Source: an uncultured Methylophilaceae bacterium
GTDB lineage: Bacteria > Pseudomonadota > Gammaproteobacteria > Burkholderiales > Methylophilaceae
Assembly: GCA_964494575.1 (NCBI GenBank)
Contig: CAZBSR010000001.1
Coordinates: 1 to 32,450, forward strand
Reading direction: 5' to 3'
DNA: 32,450 nucleotides
Every line of letters starts with the position of its first letter. Position 1 is the first letter of the stretch. This document shows, in pieces, positions 19,145 through 25,500 of this stretch. The notes beneath the pieces were generated by a model. The model had not been told where the DNA came from. It made no database searches and saw nothing but the letters and a program-made list of their open reading frames with translations. The position numbers were made by a program, and so were the translations under genes.

Positions 19145-20092
19145 ATGCGCTTTGTATTTATCCTCGATCCGCTGGACAGCCTGAAAAGTTACAAAGATAC
19201 CAGCCTGGCTATTATGCGAGAGGCTGAACAGCGCGGGCACAAACTGTTTGCCGCCATGCAGTCCGGCTTGCTCCTGCGCCACGACAAAGTGCGCCTGGGC
19301 GTCCGGCCGTTTACATTCGCGCAGGACAGCAATAGCTGGTATCGCACCGGCGACATCATAGAAACTGCGCCCGCCGATTTTGATGCCGTATTGATGCGCA
19401 AGGATCCGCCATTTGATAATGAATTTCTTTACAGCACTTATCTGCTGGAATTAGCTGCTGAACAAGGTGCAAACATACTGAATAACCCCCAGTCCATACG
19501 CGACTGGAACGAGAAATTATCAATTGCGCGCTTCCCCCAATTCGCACCTGAATTCCTGGTAACCAGCGACAACGATCTTATTCGCGACTTTTTGGGGGAG
19601 CATGGCGACATCGTAGTGAAACCCCTCGACGGCATGGGTGGCAGCAGCGTGTTCCGTTTGCATAGCACCGATCACAATATCAGCGTGATCCTTGAAACTA
19701 TCACCAATTTTGGCCGTCGCAGCATCATGGCGCAGCGCTATTTGCCGCAGATCAAAGCTGGCGACAAACGCATTATCCTGATCGATGGCAAGCCGCTGCC
19801 ATACGCATTGGCGCGTATACCCAAGCTTGGCGAGACCCGTGGCAACCTTGCTGCCGGTGGTAAGGGGGTAGCACAACCACTGACCGAGAGAGACCGGGAA
19901 ATAGCCGACACCATTGGAGTTACGCTCAAGCAAAAAGGTTTGTTCCTTGTCGGTCTCGACGTCATTGGCAAGCACCTGACCGAAATCAATGTGACCAGCC
20001 CGACCGGCATGGTAGAAATCGCTGCACAGACCGACTGCAATCCGGCGGCCATATTCATGGATGCGCTTGAGCATAAATGCGCTGGTTCGTAG
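19145..20092 (+). CDS. gshB: glutathione synthetase
   Basis: 315 aa starting MRFVFILDPLDSLKSYKDTSLAIMREAEQRGH, with ATP-grasp VVKPLDGMGGSSVFR and EINVTSPTG. Confidence 0.93.
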   Translation: MRFVFILDPLDSLKSYKDTSLAIMREAEQRGHKLFAAMQSGLLLRHDKVRLGVRPFTFAQDSNSWYRTGDIIETAPADFDAVLMRKDPPFDNEFLYSTYLLELAAEQGANILNNPQSIRDWNEKLSIARFPQFAPEFLVTSDNDLIRDFLGEHGDIVVKPLDGMGGSSVFRLHSTDHNISVILETITNFGRRSIMAQRYLPQIKAGDKRIILIDGKPLPYALARIPKLGETRGNLAAGGKGVAQPLTERDREIADTIGVTLKQKGLFLVGLDVIGKHLTEINVTSPTGMVEIAAQTDCNPAAIFMDALEHKCAGS

Positions 20093-21105
20093 TTCTTCTC
20101 GTCCTACTGCTAAGTGGCTGTGGACGTGAACCGCTTTATCAATCCCAAGGTTATGTATTCGGCACGCTGGTGGATATCAGCATTTATGGCGAACCAGAAT
20201 CTCATGCACGCGAGCTGGCGAACTACATATTGCAGGATTTCCAGGCGCTGCATAATCAGTTGCATGCTTGGCAGCCTGGTAGTGAAGTAAGCCACCTGAA
20301 CCAGGCTTTTGCCAATGGGAAATCTCTGCAAATCAGCAATGAGTTGGCCCAAATAATCAGCAACGCCACGGCCTTTTCCATCCAATCCAATGGCCTGTTT
20401 AACCCGGCTATCGGCGGGCTAATCAAGCAATGGGGCTTCCAGCGCGATGAATTCGCTCCAGTCAGCATCGATGCGGCGGCCATCACGCAATTGGTCGAAG
20501 CCAACCCGCAAATGACTGATATCCGAATTGAAAATAACATAGCTTCCAGCAACAATCCTGCAGTTAGGCTGGATTTAGGCGGCTATGCAAAAGGCTATGC
20601 ATTGGACCGCGCAGCAAAATATCTGCGCGGTCAAAATGTGAAAAACGCCCTCATTAATATCGGCGGCAATATCATCGCGCTGGGAAAGCATGGCAAAAAT
20701 CCGTGGCGCGTCGGCATACAGCACCCGCGCCAGCCAGGCCCGATAGCTACGCTGGACCTACAGGATGGCTGGGCAATCGGCACCTCGGGCGATTATCAGC
20801 GCTACTTTAAATTAAATGGCAAACGCTATTGCCATGTGATTGACCCGCGTAGCGGTTACCCCGCGCAAGGTACACAAGCCGTAACCGTCCTGGTTGCACC
20901 CGGCGAACACAGTGGCACCTTATCCGATGCGGCTTCCAAGCCCATCTTTATTTCTTCGGCCAACAACAGGGCCGCTACGGCAAAAGCCATGGGCATCGTG
21001 GACTTTATGGTGATTGATGCGCAGGGCAAAGTGGCCGTAAGCGGAGATATGGCAAAGCACCTGCAATGGATCGACAAAAATGTCGCCCCTGCGATCCTTC
21101 CCTAA
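20077..21105 (+). CDS. apbE: FAD:protein FMN transferase (ApbE family) lipoprotein
   Basis: Lipobox MRWFVVLLVLLLSGC. ApbE motifs DLGGYAKGYALD and TSGDYQRYF. The start overlaps the gshB 3' end by 16 nt. Confidence 0.9.
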   Translation: MRWFVVLLVLLLSGCGREPLYQSQGYVFGTLVDISIYGEPESHARELANYILQDFQALHNQLHAWQPGSEVSHLNQAFANGKSLQISNELAQIISNATAFSIQSNGLFNPAIGGLIKQWGFQRDEFAPVSIDAAAITQLVEANPQMTDIRIENNIASSNNPAVRLDLGGYAKGYALDRAAKYLRGQNVKNALINIGGNIIALGKHGKNPWRVGIQHPRQPGPIATLDLQDGWAIGTSGDYQRYFKLNGKRYCHVIDPRSGYPAQGTQAVTVLVAPGEHSGTLSDAASKPIFISSANNRAATAKAMGIVDFMVIDAQGKVAVSGDMAKHLQWIDKNVAPAILP

Positions 21106-21463
21106 ACTGCTGATAGGCGACTGGCTCGTCATCGCCATTGGTCTGATACTGGTTGTCTCTCTATTCCAAAGCCTCTGGCATAGCGAACATGCAGCTAAGC
21201 TACGTATACGCCAGGGCGACACCATTTATGCCACCCTCAGCCTGAATCAAGAGAAGACGCTGGATGTACATGGCCCGCTGGGGGATTCACGCATCGTCAT
21301 CCATCATGGGCAGGTACGATTTGAACGCTCACCATGCCCCAACCAATACTGTGTACACCAGGGCTGGCTGAAACGCGCGGGACAAGTGGCCATCTGCCTG
21401 CCGAATCAGGTGAGCCTGGAATTATTGGGCGGTGAGAAAACTTATGACTCGCTCAATTATTGA
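21080..21463 (+). CDS. NusG domain II-containing membrane-anchored protein
   Basis: 127 aa. N-terminal TM WLVIAIGLILVVSLF. Family-typical SPCPNQYCVHQGWLKRAGQVAICLPNQVSLEL. It overlaps the apbE end by 26 nt. Confidence 0.7.
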   Translation: MSPLRSFPKLLIGDWLVIAIGLILVVSLFQSLWHSEHAAKLRIRQGDTIYATLSLNQEKTLDVHGPLGDSRIVIHHGQVRFERSPCPNQYCVHQGWLKRAGQVAICLPNQVSLELLGGEKTYDSLNY

Positions 21464-21977
21464 GATCGAAACTACTGGTGATGACCACTGCATAGCCAAG
21501 CTGGCAGCCCTGGCGATTGGGTTACACCTTATCGAATCCATCGTGCCATCGCCTTTGCCGGGGGTGAAACCGGGTATCACTAACATCATTACGCTATTTG
21601 TACTTTACCGGTTCGGCTTCGCCACCGCCGCCTGGGTAAACCTGTTAAGGGTGTTTGCCGGTAGCATGCTCCTGGGCCAATTCCTGTCGCCGACATTCAT
21701 GCTCAGCTTGAGCGGTGCCCTTGTCAGTCTGCTGACCCTAGGATTGGCTATTAAATTACCGAAAAAATGGTTCGGGCCCGTTACTTTGAGCATACTCGCC
21801 GCATTCGCCCATATTGCGGGGCAGCTTCTTGTTGTACGGCTATGGCTGATACCCCACGCTGGGGTAGCTTATCTGATACCGATATTTGCGGCGGCGGCGT
21901 TATTTTTTGGCATTATTAACGGGCTTATTACTTCTGCGCTATTAACAAGCGATCCTGATAAAAGTGTCCCTCAATAG
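21432..21977 (+). CDS. Gx transporter family protein (formerly called heptaprenyl diphosphate synthase component I-like)
   Basis: Motif ESIVPSPLPGVKPGITNIITLFVL plus 4 to 5 TM segments. The track start is GTG 21432. ATG 21444 (MTRSII), preceded by GGTGAG, is the more likely start. Confidence 0.75.
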   Translation: MRKLMTRSIIEIETTGDDHCIAKLAALAIGLHLIESIVPSPLPGVKPGITNIITLFVLYRFGFATAAWVNLLRVFAGSMLLGQFLSPTFMLSLSGALVSLLTLGLAIKLPKKWFGPVTLSILAAFAHIAGQLLVVRLWLIPHAGVAYLIPIFAAAALFFGIINGLITSALLTSDPDKSVPQ

Positions 21978-21981
21978 CTAA

Positions 21982-22581
21982 TTATTCGCGTGGTATTTCT
22001 ACGATTTCGGTTACCGTGTATGAACTACCGGTTACCAGATAAATTTTCATGCGTAGTTGTGCTTCCATATGTTGCAATGCCCTATCCGTAATAGCAGGTA
22101 ACGCATTCCATATAATTTGCCGTACCGCACCATTCTCGCCAATTTGCAGCACTACCTGTACTTTGCCCGCCTCGACGATTTGTGCACTCGGAGTGACAGG
22201 GTCGGCAGGCACATCCTGTAAAGTCTCACCGGCATCTGGCTCGGCTGCCATCTCAAGGGAAGTCTCGGCTGTCGAGGCTTCGATTTTCACCTCCTCTTGC
22301 TGCACAGGCTGTGTTACAGGCAATGATGACTCTTCCAAGGGCTGTCGCTTTATAGGGCTGGACGAAATAGGCTCGGGGATAGGCGATCCCACGTCCTTCG
22401 GCTTCGCGAGAATTACTGACAATGCCGGCTTTCCTTGCAGGATTTGAGATGGCGGGGGTAATTTCAGATAGAGCAGGCCTAGCACATGTATAAGGGCGGA
22501 TAAAAACAAAGCCGCCCGGAACACATTGTTCGGGCGGCTAAGACGCTCCTCAGTCATCAATAGAGATCTAATTCTCTCCAC
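21982..22581 (-). CDS. small TonB-like protein (TM with S-x3-H, Pro/Glu-rich linker, short TonB-C-like domain)
   Basis: FRAALFLSALIHVLGLLYLKLPPP...ALSVILAKP resembles the TonB N-terminus. The C-terminus is GKVQVVLQIGENGAVRQIIWNALPAITDRALQHM. Two starts are possible: GTG 22581 (25-nt overlap with pilY1) or ATG 22557, which shares one nucleotide with the pilY1 TGA (TGATG). Confidence 0.55.
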   Translation of the reverse strand: MERIRSLLMTEERLSRPNNVFRAALFLSALIHVLGLLYLKLPPPSQILQGKPALSVILAKPKDVGSPIPEPISSSPIKRQPLEESSLPVTQPVQQEEVKIEASTAETSLEMAAEPDAGETLQDVPADPVTPSAQIVEAGKVQVVLQIGENGAVRQIIWNALPAITDRALQHMEAQLRMKIYLVTGSSYTVTEIVEIPRE

Positions 22582-25500
22582 AAATCTCGCTTACCTTTAA
22601 ACTTGCCAGGGGCGCCTGGTGGTTCAGTCGCATCATGTTTAAAATCAGAGGTCGTCACTATAGCCACCAGCTTATCGCCTACCTTGATGACATTCAGGCC
22701 GACTATCAGCGCATTAGCTATTTTCTCCGAAACGATCAGAGCGCTATCTATCTCTAGCCCAGTCTTGAAGTCAATATAGTTTACCCAGGCAGAGCCTCCA
22801 GAAGTGCAAGCGCTGGATGCGGGTATGTTTGATGGTATGGTCAGAGTGCCTAATGTCAGGTTCATATCCACGTTAACCCGCTCGCCGGTATCAGGGAAAT
22901 CGAAATACCACCCACCGGAGTTCGCCCAGTCCATGAGGCCGCCCGTTTCATTGATACATTTCCCGGTGCTACTGCTCACTACCGAGCCTGCACCGGTACA
23001 TATTTGGCGAGCCTCCACCGTATTACCAAATGAGTTAACCCTAGTGATCTGACTACCATCATCTTTGAGCGCAATCAGTTTGCGCAATAAAAATACCGGG
23101 GTGCCTGAATTATTATCCGTACGCGGATTCCACGTCACCTGTGTGCTACCTCCCAGATTGGCGACACCCAGCGTATCAGCAAATGCATAAAAACTTTGCA
23201 CACTGGTATCAGGTGGATCGGAGTCACCTAAATAGCGACCAGTGCCAATATAAATAATTCTCAGACCATTATTTAATGTCATCTCTGGCCGCGTTGTAAT
23301 CGGCTGAGGATTATTCGAACCATCGGCAAGATGGGCCAATTTGAAGGCAGTTTGGCCAGCTAGATCGAATCGCCAGAGATCACCATCCATATCACCTGCA
23401 TAGACCTGGGTAGCGGTATTATTGGCTTCCAGATTATCTACCCAAGCAGCCACCTTACCTAAGTTGCTAGGCGATGATGCAGTACCACTACCATTTGATA
23501 TTGGATACCCTGATCTAAGCGCACCTGTTTGCGGATTAACTGCATACAGGTAGCCTTTACCGTCTGCATTGTTGTAACCGGAACTAAACAGCACTGCCCA
23601 TTCGCCGTTAGGTAACTTGTTGATAGTGATATTGCCATAGGTATAACCCAGGTTGGAATGCGTAAATTCCCACAAATATTTGGGATTGAGCGGGTCGGTA
23701 ACATCAAGCGCATAGTATGACTTCCCGCCACCGCCCAGCCCACCTACTAGAATAGTGTGCCAATCACCGACACCCCCCCCAAAATTGACATCTGCAACTG
23801 TAATCTGGCCATCGACAAAATAGCGATGAACATAGTCAGTATCTGCCAGATACCTCAAGTAAGGTAAGGTTGCAGTAGGAATGAATGACCACAACTCCGT
23901 GCCTCCAGTCACTGTACCGTCAGCAAAATCACCTGCCGCAATAGCATGTAGCATCCCGTCGTTACCGGAAACATATACCACACCCTCTCTACTTGTGTTT
24001 GCTGTTAAGAACGCACCGTAACCAGTATCCTGATAAGTGGCCGAAGGGGCTTTGACAAATGTCGGCTGTGTATTGACAACGTCGCCCATAACATGAGCTC
24101 TGCCGCGCCAAATCTCTATTGCCGGGCTAGTGCAAGTATTGCCTTCTTCCAAGCAACGATCACCACGCAGGAAATCCACCATTTTAGATGCGGTAATTTC
24201 GGACGGATGAGTTGCCGAAACACTCCCATATTGACTGAGTGGGCCGGTTCCATAGGCACCTATTCCAGCCCCAGGATTAAAATATGTTTGCTCCGTAGCG
24301 GTCAGATTTGAATAAGTAAAAGCACGTAATGGCGCACCGTTGCTTGATGCCAAGTAAATCTTGCGAGTATTCCAATCAAGCGCGTCCAGTTTCTTCTTCG
24401 CTGACCACGGGCACCCACTGTCGCTTACACAATCGTTAGGTGCGATATTTGCCGGATCGGAAACTTTGCCGCTAGTCGTGTTGATAATGCGTGCCTGCAA
24501 ATCGCCCGACCACTCATTGGTAGTGTAGCTGGCAACATATGCAAAGTTATCTCCTGCTACAGGCTGCAGGTTAGAAGTTGCAGCAGCAGCAGCAGCACCC
24601 TCTCGTACATCTATGCTGGCTAACGCATCCCCCAGTCCCTTCACTACCGAATCGGGATCTCGCGCGCTGAAATATTTCCCGCGGCCATTGACAGCAGCAT
24701 GCCATAAATCATCAATAGTTGTAGGATCGTTAGCCTTTACAGCCGGCCAATTTGCGGGTCCATTGACGATATTCCTGAAATCCCCAGATGTAGCGGTAGC
24801 ATAATCGCCGGTATAGCGAAGTGTTCCGGGAGCGCCCAGCCCCATGGTAAATAGCACCATATGCTGCTTTTGATTTGAATCTGTCGAAGACTTGAAGACA
24901 TTGTTGGTGGACACATCCAGGCCGGTAGCGCCACTTACAGTATTGCCTTGGCTGGAATCACGAAGATCGGTTTTGTAGTAATACATAGCGATATCTGCAA
25001 GCGTGCCGCACGTAGAGAAACTAGAGTCGCTACACGGTGCAGTAGCATCAACCGCACCATCATAAGCGGGCCGAGCCGTAAGGTCTGAATTAACATTATC
25101 CTGATCCCCAATCAAGGTGGTCCCATCCAGTTGCGTCAAATCATCATACTGATCAGAATTCCAGTAACCGTCTGTCACCAATAAGGTGAAGTTCTGCTGG
25201 CAGGAATATTGAAGCGGCTCAATTACAGCTGGCGGGATAAGGGGCGTAGCATTCTTGCCGCCGCCCACATCGATGAGGGCCAGATTGATATTACTTACTG
25301 CAGTACTGACCTGTATATCTTCACCATTTGGCCCATCCCCCACTGTTTTAGCAGTAAAGATGACCTTGCTACCGGAGCTGGTGGCAATATAGTTGCTAGC
25401 AGCATATCCGCTGGCCGACTTGATCGCATTGACTAGCGCTGTGGCAACGCTGGTTAAATTTGCTGTACTGCACGACTTGGGATTACCTGAGCCTGTACAG

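Noticed and set aside
24580-24597. (GCA)6 trinucleotide repeat inside pilY1
   Set aside because: It is in-frame and encodes the Ala6 run in REGAAAAAAT. Slippage would only change the Ala count, so it is not a phase switch.
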